From assembly GCF_009914755.1 (NCBI RefSeq), contig NC_060932.1: DNA of 64,000 nucleotides, one strand, 5' to 3'. The notes beneath the pieces are model-generated. The model did no database searches. It saw only the letters and a list, made by a program, of their open reading frames with translations, and was not told the origin of the DNA. This document shows, one piece after another, positions 1 to 16,425 of the stretch. A program made the translations under genes and the position numbers. How positions within the stretch are numbered: position 1 is the first letter of the stretch; each line of letters starts with the position of its first letter. Source of the DNA: the human T2T-CHM13v2.0 reference genome, Homo sapiens.

Positions 1-814
1 ACAGTGACTAGTCAGAGATGGGGGTGGGTGCCAGCCTGAAACTAGGGTCGTCCAACCTTCAGTTTATGCTGGTACGTTTGCCACCCCTCAGAGAGACCCC
101 GCTGATACTTAAGAGGTGACTCTATTCCTAAGCCCCCTGAGGTGGGGCTGTGGGCTCCTCCCTTCCTCCCAGCCTCTGAAGACCTATGCAGCTCAAAGCT
201 GCTCTAGGCCACAGGAAAGTACCTGGGCCCACTGCAGAGCTCTGGGGCAACGTCTGCAGCAGCATGGGGGTCCTTTGCGAGCTGATCCAGTGCCCCAAAG
301 GGAAATCAGTCTCTGGGTGGCCCAGAGCTAGGCTTCACTGTCTTCTTAAGAAATGGATGCTCACCTTGTCAAACACTTTTGTGACAGACATGATTCTCCT
401 TCCTCCAGAAAAAATTCCTCTCCGCCTCCCACTCTGCTAACCCTCCAATGCAAAGACAGCACTTCATTTTTACCGAGTTCAACATCTTCGGGGACAGGTG
501 CAACGGGCAGATGCCCTGTAGTCCATGTTGATTTGGTAATTCTGTAGCACTCTTTCTGATGCAAGAGAGAGGGTGTTGGGCCTGGCCTTCCAGGATGGGG
601 AGTCCAATGCCTCTTCTCTGGCCCCATGGCCCGCTGACCCCCATGGCCGCTCCGTCATCCCTCTCCTGGGCCACTGAATAGCCTGCTAGCAGATCTCCCT
701 GCTCCTCCCCATCAACCCTCTCTAAGTCTCAGCACCAGAGCTGTGGTCTTTATTTCATATGCCTGTTAACTTCCTTTTGTCATCCTTCAACCATTGCATG
801 GGCTGTTTGATGAT

Positions 815-1280
815 TCTTTCCTTCCTTCCTTCCTTCATTCACTCATTTATTTATTCATCACATGTGCAGGCAGAGAGCTAGGTGCAGTTTTGCCCTCAAG
901 GAGGTCACAGTCCAGAGTGGGGGCAGAGACCCTTAGAACCAATTATCCTCAGGCCATGTGGAAGCACCTCCTGAGGGGGTAGATACAGGGATTCAAGGGA
1001 TGACGAGGGCCCTGATGGCTGAGGTAGACCAGGAAGCCTGCTTACATCGGTGGGATTTGAACCGTGCCTTGGCATACCGGTGGGGGAAGAGGGGCACGGA
1101 AGAGGAAGACATCCCAGACAAGGCCCCTAAGCATGGCAACAGCTTAGCAGGGGCAGAAAACACCAGGGATATCTCGGCCTTGCTGGGGCTGGTTGGGATG
1201 ATGGGATCACGTGGGGTGGAGGGGGAAATAAAAGCTGGGCTGGGGCCTGACCTTGAAGGGTCTTGTGGCTACCTTTGAAG
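815..1280 (-). mobile_element. L2 LINE 3' remnant
   Basis: ttcattcactcatttatttattca tail followed by degenerate purine-rich L2-like sequence. Confidence 0.5.
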
Positions 1281-2414
1281 GCTCAGTGTTCTAGTTCCGA
1301 ATTTGTACATTTTACAGGCTTCTGGAGAAATGAAGAGTTGGCTCCTTTCTCAGCAAACAGACGGGGTTTAATTGCTGTTACTGTCAGTGTAGTTGCAAAT
1401 ATCATATAAAAAGGGCTTTTTGGCTAATTGTTTTTAGAAGAAAAATTCAAGAACTATGTATAGATATTATGCATCCAGGGTACTTTAAAGATCAAACTGT
1501 TTATATTACCCTTAAATACAGTCTTTAGCAGGCGGCACTGGGCTCTGTGAGTAACTGGGACACACGATGACCCCCCAGGGCTTAAGATGCTGGAACAATA
1601 TGACAGCAGTTACTTTATTTCTGAGGGGAGGTGGGGGTGGTCAGCCACTACCCTTTGATAGGCCAGAAGACCAGATGAATAGAGATCTAAGCTGGGTAAT
1701 GTTGCTGCACCATTGCCCTAAAGGGCTGCCTCTTCACGCAGGCAACCAACCTCCCCACCCCAGACACACACAGAAAGAACTGGATTCCACGGGCTTCTGG
1801 GGGTGCAAGGGGAAGGGGCTGCCATATCTAGTGGGCTCCTGGAGAAGCTCGGGCTGAGGAGCAGAGAAGGGAGCAGCCTCAGAGCTTCTCATCTTGTCTC
1901 CGGTCCTGCAGTCTTCTTTCCTCACCCGCAAATGGTAGAGAGAGGAGTTTTGAGCCGTACAAATAAAGCAAATTCATATCTGCTCATTGCCATCCTGTCC
2001 TCATGCTCAACCCTCTCTCAAATTTTAATTTGGTAGCTTTTAGAAAGGCAAATTTATTTGTGACACCATCCAAATTCTATTTTATTGGAATCCTCTTCTC
2101 CAAGGGTGCGATCGACTACCGAGAAAGCTGTGGGCTTCTCCTTTTGATATTTTCCCAAGCTCTCTGTGCGTTCGCGCGTGCTTGTGTGTGCGCGCACACG
2201 CATGCACATTCATTTTAGGGTCCTCTACATATTTTACGTACAAACACATAATGCATATTCACAAGGCAGCCGCGGAAGTGTAGATATATTCATCACATAT
2301 ATGTGTAACTCAGTGCAGACTCCTAGAAGCCAATATTTAAGTTATCATATTTAATTTATTCAACAAACATTTAATAAGCACTTACTCTTCATTAAACACT
2401 GTCCTAGGCCCTGA

Positions 2415-2848
<434 letters not shown>

Positions 2849-3821
2849 TAGGTCAATAGATCAGCACTCCCTTAATCCAGGAGAGACAGCCATTTGGGTG
2901 CAATATTCCAAACAAAGGTGGCATTAGGGTTCCCTGCTGCAGGTGACATCTCAGGGCTGCAGGGCCTTACCCCATAGAACACTTCCCGGTGCTTCTAAGG
3001 TGGAGATGAAAGAGCTGGAGACAAGGGTTGGTGGGCCCCCTGCTTTGTGGCCTTAGATCTTTACCCTACAGTGGTATCGGTCCGTGTCCTTGGTCATATC
3101 CTTTCTATGATTCCAGGTGATTTTCAATGCCTTCCTCTTCCATAGAGCCTTTCCTGCTCATCCCAGTCATAACCAAAGATGCCCTCTTGTGAGCTCATCC
3201 TACCTTCTGTGTGATTCACCCAGTGCTTCACACACGCTGCCTTATTTTGATAGGTAGCAAATTTCGTTCTAAGTATACGTTGCTCTTTCAAAGAACACTC
3301 GTGGAATTTCTACTGATGTGGAAAGGAAGGACCCTGGCCCTGCCCATGGGAGCTGTTGGCCCAGTAGGGAGACCAGCAAGCTAATCTGTAATTGCAAGCA
3401 GAGAGCCAGGTATATGTCAGAGGTGTGTACAGGGTGCCATGGGGCATTGCGGTGGGTGGTAGGGAGCAGGTGGCTCTCAGCAGAAGTGAAGCTCAAATGC
3501 TCCCGAAAGAAACCACAGACTCCTTGGAGTGGGACCCTTACCTAATTCTTTTTATATTCCCCACCATGATTGTAATAATCAAATTATCTTGCCCAGCAAT
3601 TTTTAAGTACAATTTTAAAATTGGATTACAAAATTATATATATTATAGAAAATTTGGAAAAACAGCTAAGCCCAAAGAATATAAAAATCACTCATAATCG
3701 TACTACCCAGACTTAACTATTATCAACATTTTGGTACATACACTTTCCAGTTTCTTTTCTCCATGCAATGAAAATGAGTTGTGCTCTAATTACTTTTCAT
3801 TTGCTTTTTCTTTTCATGTAA

Positions 3822-4208
<387 letters not shown>

Positions 4209-4904
4209 TAATAGTTTATGTAGTGTAATTTATTTGCCAACTGTGTCTTGTTGGACAAATTGGTCATTTCTAATATTCCATTATTATAAGTAACACAGGG
4301 ATGAGTAGCATTGTGGATGAATTTTTGCTCACATCCATAATAATTTCCTTAATAATTATCTAATACATAACACGCCCTGCCTTATTTTGATAGGTATCAT
4401 TCTTTATATAAATTTAGTGTACATTTCTAGAAGGAGATTGTTGTGCTGAAAGCTATATACATTTTAAAGGCATTTGACATTCAATACACACAGCCAAATA
4501 ATGCTGCAAAAGGGTTTTTAACAATTTACACTCTCACCAGCACTATATGAGAAGATACTGGATGACATTTTATTTATTTATTTTTTTAAAAACCAAAACA
4601 AAAGTCAAACATTGCCAATTTAATGGCCACAGTTGGGGAGGGGTAGGGAGAGGTGGTGATGGTTTCTTGTTTTTGTTTGCATTTCCAACTGCCAGGGTCG
4701 ATTTTCATTTTTCATATCTTTATATTGTATTTCTTTTGAAAAAATTTCCTATTCATGTCCTTTGCTCATTTTTCTACTTAGTATTTTTCTATTGGTCAAA
4801 AATAAATAACAGCGAACATTTATTGAGTGCCTACTGTATACTAGGTATTGTCCTATGCACTTTATAGACTGCCTTATTTCTTACTTCTTTCAACAACCCT
4901 GTGA

Positions 4905-5205
<301 letters not shown>

Positions 5206-5585
5206 GACCATACAATTATTATCTTACTGATTTGTAAGTGCGTTACGTGTTAAAGACAATAATCCTCACCGTATATTGCACATTTTTTTCAATGTGCTGC
5301 TTGCTTCTTAATTTTACCCTCAGAAGTTTTTATTTACAGAAGTTTGAAGGTTTTATGAGCTCAGATTGGTCAATTATTTCACTTCTACTTTTGCAGGTAC
5401 ATGTGAAGAGGTATTTTCCTATATTGAGATCAGAGAAATATTAAAGCCTGTTCTCTTCTGATTCTATTATGGTTTAACTTTAAACATTTAAATAGCTAAT
5501 CCATTTACTTACTTTGATTATGGTCTGATAAAGAGTGTCAACATTTATTTATTTATTTCCCAAATGGATAGTCAATCATCCCTAA

Positions 5586-6097
<512 letters not shown>

Positions 6098-6874
6098 TAA
6101 TTATTATATTTTTATAACAAGAAGTGCAAGTGTTCTATTCTACCCTTCCCTTATTAGTCTTGTTTCACAACATTTTCTCAAATATTCTTTATGAGTTTTC
6201 CCCATCCAGGGTGCACTTTAGAATCACCTTAAGGTCCAATAAAGATCATTTTGTCAAGTTACAATAAAAATTCCTTTTTGGTCAATAAGGAGCACATGTG
6301 AAAATTAATTTGGGGAATGTTGATTTGTGAACTTATGATGTATCTCTCCAAATATTCAAGTCTTTTACATTCTACATGAAAGATTTTTTTTTCCATTTAA
6401 ATGCTTCACATTTATTGGGTAATATTTTAACGATATTTTATGCCACTTGTTAGTATAAAAATAACGAATTTACCTTATTTTCTGAATCAAAAAATCAACA
6501 CACATGGATAAGATTTTTTTGTGTGTGCTTCTAAGTGTCAAAGACATTTTAGGAGGTGTGTTTGTATGCCGAAATGTGAGAATTTCTGAGCATTTCTGTG
6601 GTTAAGAGGTTGATAAGGTGGGAATGTTTACAATTGGAATGGTGCTGAACAAATCCCAAAGGTATGCTCTCCAAGCCCAAAGTGGCCAGCACAGTGTCCT
6701 CCAATATGGCGGACACTCGATACTTATGGGTGGCCTCACATTGCTGTGTTGGCGGACGCTTAGAGTCTAATGTTGGCAAATCCAAAATAAGGGATTAAAA
6801 GCAGTGACTCACTCTGGTACAAATATCAGACTCTTGAACCTATAGATTTGCCCAGTTTTCTCAGCAATTCTCAA

Positions 6875-6910
<36 letters not shown>
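6875..6910. repeat. (TG)n microsatellite
   Basis: Direct observation. Confidence 0.95.
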
Positions 6911-6914
<4 letters not shown>

Positions 6915-7287
6915 CTGTGTACGTGTAATTCATTTCCCCACTGGGTTTTGAGTTCCTTGAGGTCAGGAATTTAATCCTACCCTTCTAGAGCCCCATACAG
7001 TGCCCAGCAGAGTGCTGAACTCAGAAGGTGTGCTCAGTAAATCATCGTTAAGTTGAGCGGAATTGTCTCTTACTACTATCATTGTCAACAGTGCAATCAG
7101 TAATCAGCAGCTGGGAAGCCTTCCTCCGGGCAGCCCTCTGTGCTGGCTCTCAGGGAAAGATATGCCAGGCTCAAAAGCCCTATTCTCTGCCTGCATGCCG
7201 CCTAAGAAGAAGCACTTGCTGCATACCAAGGAAGAGCTATATAGACAATGTCAGCACCTAAGATGGTTAGAGCCAAAAGGGGCCTAG

Positions 7288-7893
<606 letters not shown>

Positions 7894-8794
7894 GACAGAC
7901 AGAAAGAAAAACAAACCCAAATCGGAATATCTGAGTGCAAAAACCCAAAAAACAAACAAAAGCCACCACCAAGAAAAGGGGCCGAGGTGATCATGCAGCC
8001 CAGCTCTTCACTTTACCTGGGAGGACACCGAGGCCCAAAGGAGATGAACAGCTTGACTCCAAGTCAGTGAACTCATTGGCAGAAGAGATCAGGGCAGGTC
8101 TAAAGGTGATGTGGTGGCCTTTAAGCAGGGTTGGGAAATTAGGAATAACTTCGTTTTGGGAGAGAAGAAGGGAAAGGATATTCGGGGAAGGGGATAGTAA
8201 GTGAAGAGGTTTGAAGGTAGGAGTAAGTAAGTTGCTGATGGTGAGCAGAGCAGCAGTGGGTGGTCAGTTGGTGGAGGAGGCTGCTGGTAGACCCCGTAGG
8301 GTCCATGTGATCTGAAGGAACCGGGGGAAGAGAGTCTTGCTGCTATCCATCGCAGGGGCAATGATGCAGTGTATCACGACTGTTCACTGACTTTGAGTCA
8401 AATTGTTCATCTCCCTGGTCCTCAGTGTCCTGAGATGAGCGTATGAAAACTCAGGTGGTCAGAGTGAGTGCCCTGACCAGGATGATGGCCAGAAAGGGCT
8501 GGTGCCAACATCAATAGCAATGCTCTGGGTACAGGGCTGGCTGTGCACGGGTGCAGGAGGGAGGCGAGGAGAGTCTTCCCCAGGGGCTGGGAAACTAGGG
8601 CAAGTGCTCTGGGACAACTAGGAAACAAGGCAGCGTGGAATCAGGTGCTAAATTGTGTGGCACAGACTGAGTGCTAAGAGGGAGGCCAGAGAAGGAGAGA
8701 GGGTTTGGAGTCATCAGGAAGGCATCCCGAATGAGGGGGATTTTGAGCAGAACTTTCAAAAAAGAACAGCACTCAGATAGGAGGGGGTCCTAGG

Positions 8795-9690
<896 letters not shown>

Positions 9691-10166
9691 AATACTGGGA
9701 AAGGGAGCAGCCTCCTGTTTTGGAGCAGCTGGTGCAGAGGAATCTGCATGGACTTTGCAGGGAGACACAGTGAAGGGCAGATCCCTCTCCTCCTTTCCTT
9801 TGACCTCCCCCTCCTGCCGTCCTCCCTTCCACATCTCTCACTTTCTGTCATTGTGCGGTAGCTTCCTGCTCTGTTTTCCTTTGAGTGGCCCAGCCAAAAG
9901 TCCAGTGTTGTTTACTGTTGCTTGGAGTTTGGGGCTTAAACCAGTTCATGAACTCTCCCCATGTGACTAGCCCTTTCCAGCCTTATTCTCAATTATGTTA
10001 TAATGCTTTTCCTGCTATTAAGGAATTTTAGGCACCTCTAAAGCCAATGGGGAAGATAATTCGGGAGCTGGGGATGAGTGGATTGGGAGAACTTTTCTGA
10101 AACTTCTAAAATTGCAGTCATTGGCAGGGGCCAGGTTAAGGCTCACAAAATGCCAAATTTTGCTTT

Positions 10167-10725
10167 ATTTATTTATGTATTTATTTTATTATACTTTAAG
10201 TTCTAGGATACATGTGCACAACGTGCAGGTTTGTTACATAGGTATACATGTGCCATGTTGGTGTGCTGCACCCATTAACTCGTCATTTACATTAGGTATA
10301 TCTCCTAATGCTATCCCTCCCCCGTCCCCCAATCCCACGACAGGCCCTGGTGTGTGACGTTCCCCACCCTGTGTCCAAGTGTTCTCATTGTTCAATTCCC
10401 ACCTATGAGTGAGAACACGCGGTGTAAGGATCTAGAAGTAGAAATACCATTTGACCCAGCCATCCCATTACTGGGTATATACTGAAAGGATTATAAATCA
10501 TGCTGCTATAAAGACACATGCACATGTATGTTTATTGTGGCACTATTCACAACAGCAAAGACTTGGAACCAACCCAAATGTCCATCAATGATAGACTGGA
10601 TTAAGAAAATGTGGCACATATACACCATGGAATATTATGCAGCCATAAAAAAGGATGAGTTAATATCCTTTGTAGGGACATGGATGAAGCTGGAAACCAT
10701 CATTCTGAGCAAACTATCACAAGGT
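10167..10725 (-). mobile_element. 5'-truncated, 5'-inverted L1PA (twin-primed insertion)
   Basis: 10167-10425 is the L1PA 3' UTR in antisense. 10426-10724 is the ORF2 C-terminus in sense (ORF 10528: MFIVALFTTAKTWNQPKCPS...). TSD caaattttgcttt at 10154-10166 and 10726-10738. Confidence 0.93.
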
Positions 10726-10929
10726 CAAATTTTGCTTTTAAAAGAGAGGGGTGAGAGCTGAGCAGCCCAGGGTAAACTTTCGCTTTCTTCTTTATTGTAG
10801 TCTGACCTAAACAATGCTTGCTGTGTCTCGGTATACCTGGAGTCTTGGTTAATTACCCAGGGACTGCCCTGGGCCTGCTAACCATAGGTTGGATGGGGCA
10901 GGAGACAGAAAGAGAAATAGTATTAAGAG

Positions 10930-11060
10930 TTGGGACACCTTGATTCCGGTCCACACTCTGCACTGATAAGCTTCTATGACCCTGGACCTCAGTTTCTTCA
11001 TCCATAAAATAGAAGGGTAGAACCAGATGGATTCAAGGGCTTTTCTAGCTCTACGGTCTA
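10930..11060 (+). mobile_element. MIR fragment
   Basis: cctcagtttcttcatccataaaat MIR core. Confidence 0.6.
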
Positions 11061-14006
11061 CAAATCTAGGATGCAGGGAAGCATCCCTCATCTGTGCCAT
11101 CAGCCCTGTCCCCGCTTCAGGCACGTGTTGTGACTCTTTACTCTTCATGGCAAAGGAAAATAAATGTCCCCTCATTGCTGTGCCCACCCTGGCATAGTCC
11201 CTGGGCAGGCTGTCTCTGTCTTCTCTCCCTGGGCAAACCGCACATCAGGCTGCAGGAACTCCATTGCAAAGCCTCAGGACGATTCCTCAGAGCCTCCGGG
11301 ATAAAAGTATTGGTTTATTCCCTGGGATTACAGCAGGACTGGGGCAGGTGGCATGATACCCAGAGCTGAGTGTCCTGCCCAGGGAGGGGCTGCAGAGGGC
11401 AGCAGACATGCTTCTTGGAGCCGGTGCATACAACTCCCAGATACTGTGGGAGAATGCCAGTTTCCTTTCTTACATAACCTTTCATAACCTAGGAACAGTC
11501 CAGATTTTGGCTGCCTTTGCCTCAAGAGATGAATATATGCCCCCCTTTTCTTGGACACTTTCCTCCTTGCCTACCCCAATCCTACCCACCTTCACGGCCC
11601 CACCCAACTCTGCCACTCCACACCCTCCCTGCCCATCCAGCCTCCCCAAGGGCAGGCTCTTAATCCTAACCTTCTTCTACACTGCCCCCAGGACCTAGCA
11701 GAGCACAGAACTCATGGAGAGTAGAAATCTGTTGACCAATGAGATCATGCTGGGGAACGATTAACCCTGTGGTTAATTAACAAACTTTGTGCAGTCACAG
11801 CTGTGCCTGAGAAGAGTGAGCCCCTAGTCACAGCGGGGAGGGCTGGGGAGAGACTTCAGGTTGACAGGCATGATCTCACTTGAGCCTCACATCAGCCCTA
11901 TGGGGTGCATGGTGTCTTTTATAGACTGGGGCTCACAGAGGCAGGTGACTGGTTCAGAGTCACAGAGCAGTCGTATGGACCCAGGTCCACCTGGTGTCAG
12001 TATCCCTGTACCTACCACTGCACCACACTGCCTCCTGGAGCAAAGAGGTCCCTGCTTCCTGGCTGCCAGGCCCTCAGGGAGGTACCTGTTCCTGGTGGGA
12101 AGTAGACAGGAAGATGCATGCAGAAACAGAGGGGAAAGTAGTTGGGGAAAGGGTGAGGGGTAGCGTCAGGGACCCTGGCCTCTACTGCCTTCAGGCTGGT
12201 TCCCAAAGAGATGAAGGATTTTTTGGGGAGAAATGTGTATTTCTTAGGGAAAAGGCAGAACCTGAGCTTACCCCTTGGGAAATGGTTTTGCAAAAGCACA
12301 CGTAGATGGGCATCTACACACATGCAATGCACACATGCATGCACACACATGCACACACATATGCCTCCACACCCAGAGCCACAGCAGCCCGGCTCCCAGC
12401 CACCGTGGCCCTCCCCCACCAAACTCCGCTCTCCCTCCTACCCTATATGTGCAATCTTGTGAAAACTCCACCACTCTTAAGGTTAATAAGGCTCATTTGC
12501 TTAAGATAGCACCTGTTTCTATGGTGACTCCTGCCACCCAGAATCTGTTCATCAACTGAGACAAGAAAACAGTGACTTCCATCCTCTTTGAAAGGAAAAA
12601 GCCAATTCTCAGTCAAGGGCTTGATGGGCCAGCAGCCCAGGGAGCTCTGGGCATCTGTCCTTCCACCCTGCTGAAGTCCCTTCCTGCTGCCCCTCCCCCC
12701 ACCTCCCAGCATCTCCAGATTCTTCCCAAACGCTCCGGACTGTGGGTTCCTCCTCCTCGTCTCTCTGCGAAGCAACAGAACCCGCTGCAGGAGGAGGGTG
12801 TTGCTCTCTCCCGACTCTGGGCCACTGGCTAATCTGCCCCTCAGTCTCTGATCTCTCCACACCAGCTCCACCGTGGTCTTTCTGGGTGGAGGTTGGCAGG
12901 GGAGCCCCAAGAAGCCCCTGGGCCTTCCCACCCATCCCCACTACCCCCGTGCCAAGCCTGTCTCTCACCCGGCACTCCTGGATTCCTGTAGCTGCCCCCA
13001 ACACGTCTCCTGCCATGGGGCTTGTCCTTCTCCAGTTTCTGCCCAAAGCTGCTAGCTGACTCCTTCTCCTAAAATGAGAGCTGTTCGGGCCTCGCCCCTG
13101 CTCAAGGGCCCACTCTGGTCTTCTGTGGTCTGTAGCTGAGCTTTGCAACACTGACCTGACACTGGTTCCAACCACAGGTCACAAATCACTAGAGAAGTAG
13201 GTTCCCAGGCAGGTGTTGCTAATAATAAAGCTTCAGTGAGTGACTTACCTTCAAAAGTAAATGAGAGTGGCTTCCACATTCTCCCTCTAATAACGCCAAT
13301 CTCATCGGTGTTCCAAGACGCTTTGTTACTGGGAGAGCAAGCGCGCAGGGAATCGCGAGGAACTTGGAGCTTGTTTTATGTGTTTGGAGACCCAGGGGAG
13401 TGTGTTGTGCGTACGAACATTTTGGCAGAAAGAAAAGTCGAGGGCTGCTTAGTGGAGGATCAAGTATGGAATTATAAACTATCAGAGCCTGGTGTTATCA
13501 TCAAAATCTACCTCCCTGTTTCTGTTTGTAGGTGGGGTAATAGAGACCCACAGGGCGGCAGAGACTAGAGCAGCGTCACCAGCTAGCAAGCGGCCCAGCA
13601 TACATGTCTTCCCCATCCTGGCCCCAAGCTCTTTCTGGAATATCACTCAGTCTCCTGCTTAGCAGAGCAGACCCCTCATGGCCTCCAAGGCCCTGTACCG
13701 TGAGACCTCCCTGCCTCTCCTCACTCTCCTCCCAGGATGGTGCTCTGTTCTAAGTGGGCTGGGGTTAAGCTTGTTTATAAAGTCGCAGCACCTGAGGGCC
13801 AATCTAATCCGACCTCTTGCCCAATCTCTGGCAGACGACTTCTCCTTGAATATCTCCAGACACAACACACTCGGCCCCTGAAGACACAGCAGCCCTTTGG
13901 CTGCAAATATCACGTTCGTATCCCACAGCCAGGCCACCTGTCTTGGCCTCTCCTGGGAGTTCCAGGCTCATTTCAATCTCTCACTTAAAATCTAAAAGGC
14001 ACCTCT

Positions 14007-14314
14007 GGCTGGGCACGGTGGCTCACACCTGTAATCCCAGCACTTTGGGAGGCTGAGGTGAGCAGACCTGAGATCAGGAGTTCGAGATCAGCTTGGCCAA
14101 CATGGTGAAGCCCCATCTCTACTAAAAATGCAAGATTAGCCAAGTGTGGTGCTGCGGGCTTATAATCCCAGCTACTCAGGAAGCTGAGGCCGGAGAATGG
14201 CTTGAACCCGGGAGGCAGGGGTTGCAGTGAGCTGAGATGGCAACACTGCACTCTAGACTGGGCAACAGAGCAAGACTCCAACTAAAAAATAATAATAAAA
14301 AAATAAAATAAAAT
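14007..14314 (+). mobile_element. AluS
   Basis: Full dimer. TSD aaaaggca(c/t)ctct. Confidence 0.93.
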
Positions 14315-14666
14315 AAAAGGCATCTCTGAGTGAACATGTCTAAGACAGAGCTTGAGACTCCCCCTTGTCTCCTCACCTGCCAGGCCTCCAGTATCCTCAT
14401 CTCAGTAAAGGGCACCGTTGTTCACTCAGGCCCCAGAGCCAGGGGCCATCCTCGCACCATCCTTCACCCTCCACGTCTAATTCATTGGCACGTCCTGTTG
14501 GCTCTCAACCTCACAACGGGTTCTGAGGCTGCTCTCTCCATGGCCACGGCTCTTGCCTTGGTGTAAGTCACCGTCATTCCTCTCAAAGGAGCAAAATGGT
14601 CTCTTACAGCTGTCTTGGGCCACTCCACATAGCAGCTAGATAGATCTTTTAAAAGTGCAAGGCAGG

Positions 14667-14962
14667 GGCTGGGTGCGGTGGCTCACATCTGCAGTCCCAG
14701 CACTTTTTGGGAGGCCGAGGTGGGAGGATTGCTTGAGGCCAGTGGTTCAAGAGCAACCTGGGCAACATAGTGGGGCCCTATATCTATAAAAAATAAAAGT
14801 AAATAGCTAGGCCTGGTGGTATGCACCTGTAGTCCTAGCTACTTAGGAGGCTGAGGCAGGAGGATGACTTGGGCCCAGGAGTTGGAGGCTGCAGTGAGCT
14901 ATGACTGCACCACTGCACTCCACCCTGGGCAACAGAATGAGACCCTGTCTCCTGAAAACAAC
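14667..14962 (+). mobile_element. AluJ
   Basis: J diagnostics (gggaggattgcttgagg, gaggctgcagtgagctatga). TSD aaaa(g/a)tgcaaggcag. Confidence 0.92.
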
Positions 14963-15054
14963 AAAAATGCAAGGCAGTTTTTACCCCGTGTTGGAAGTCC
15001 TCCCACAGTCTGTGTGCCAGACTCCTTGCCCAGGCCTGGATAAAGACCGGACAT

Positions 15055-15410
15055 TGGCGGTTCTCAACCCCAGATGCACATTTTTTCTTTCTTTCTTTCT
15101 TTTTTATTATGATGAGGTCACTTAACACGAGATCCACCCTCTTTACAGTTTTTAAGTGTACAGTATGGTACTACTAAGTATAGGCACCGTGTTGTACAGC
15201 AGATCTCCAGGACTTAATCATCTTACATTACTGAAACTTTACACCCGTTGAACAGCAACGCCCCATTTCCTCCTCCCTTCGCCCAGATGCATATTCACAT
15301 CCCCTGAGAAGCCTTAAAAATAAGGATGCCTATGCTCCACCCCCAGAGATTCTGACTTAGCTGGTCTGGGTGCAGCTTCCTTGGTGATTCTAACAAACGG
15401 TTAGAACCTC
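15055..15410. mobile_element. MER5-like hAT element interrupted by an L1MA/MB 3' fragment (about 15083-15281, minus)
   Basis: ggttctcaacc...ccacccccagagattctgactta...ggtgattcta. The inner L1 is flanked by TSD cccagatgca(c/t)att. Confidence 0.7.
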
Positions 15411-15762
15411 CATCCTTCCTGGTCTCCCTTGCTGCCTCATGACCTCATCTCTTCCATGCTGCCCCGTGACCACCCTGCTGCAGCCACACCAGTCCCCATC
15501 TGATTCTGGAACACGCCAGCTCCTTCCTGCTGTTCCCTCGGCCCGGCTGCCCTGTCCTCGCAGGGTTGCCTGGTGAATTCCCACTCTGCTCACAGGTTTC
15601 CTTCTCTGGGGAACTTTCTCCCCGCTCTCCTTCTCATCTCCACGGTTCTCAGGACTCAACTCCATCCTAACACTCCCCACTCTGTAATGGAGTCATTGAT
15701 TTTTCTCCTCTGCTCCCCTCACCAGAGAGGGAGCTCCTTAACAGTAAGGATGTGATTGCATA

Positions 15763-16425
<663 letters not shown>

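Noticed and set aside
365-541. Alternative acceptor giving a frame-preserving 177-nt exon
   Set aside because: Phase-0 reading hits TGA after 20 codons, and the acceptor lacks its own pyrimidine tract.
10528-10761. ORF with L1 ORF2 similarity
   Set aside because: C-terminal fragment of a truncated, inverted L1; cannot encode a functional protein.
12012-13175. Overlapping 130-190 aa ORFs on both strands
   Set aside because: GC-rich sequence with few stops, no recognisable domain and no convincing splice structure.
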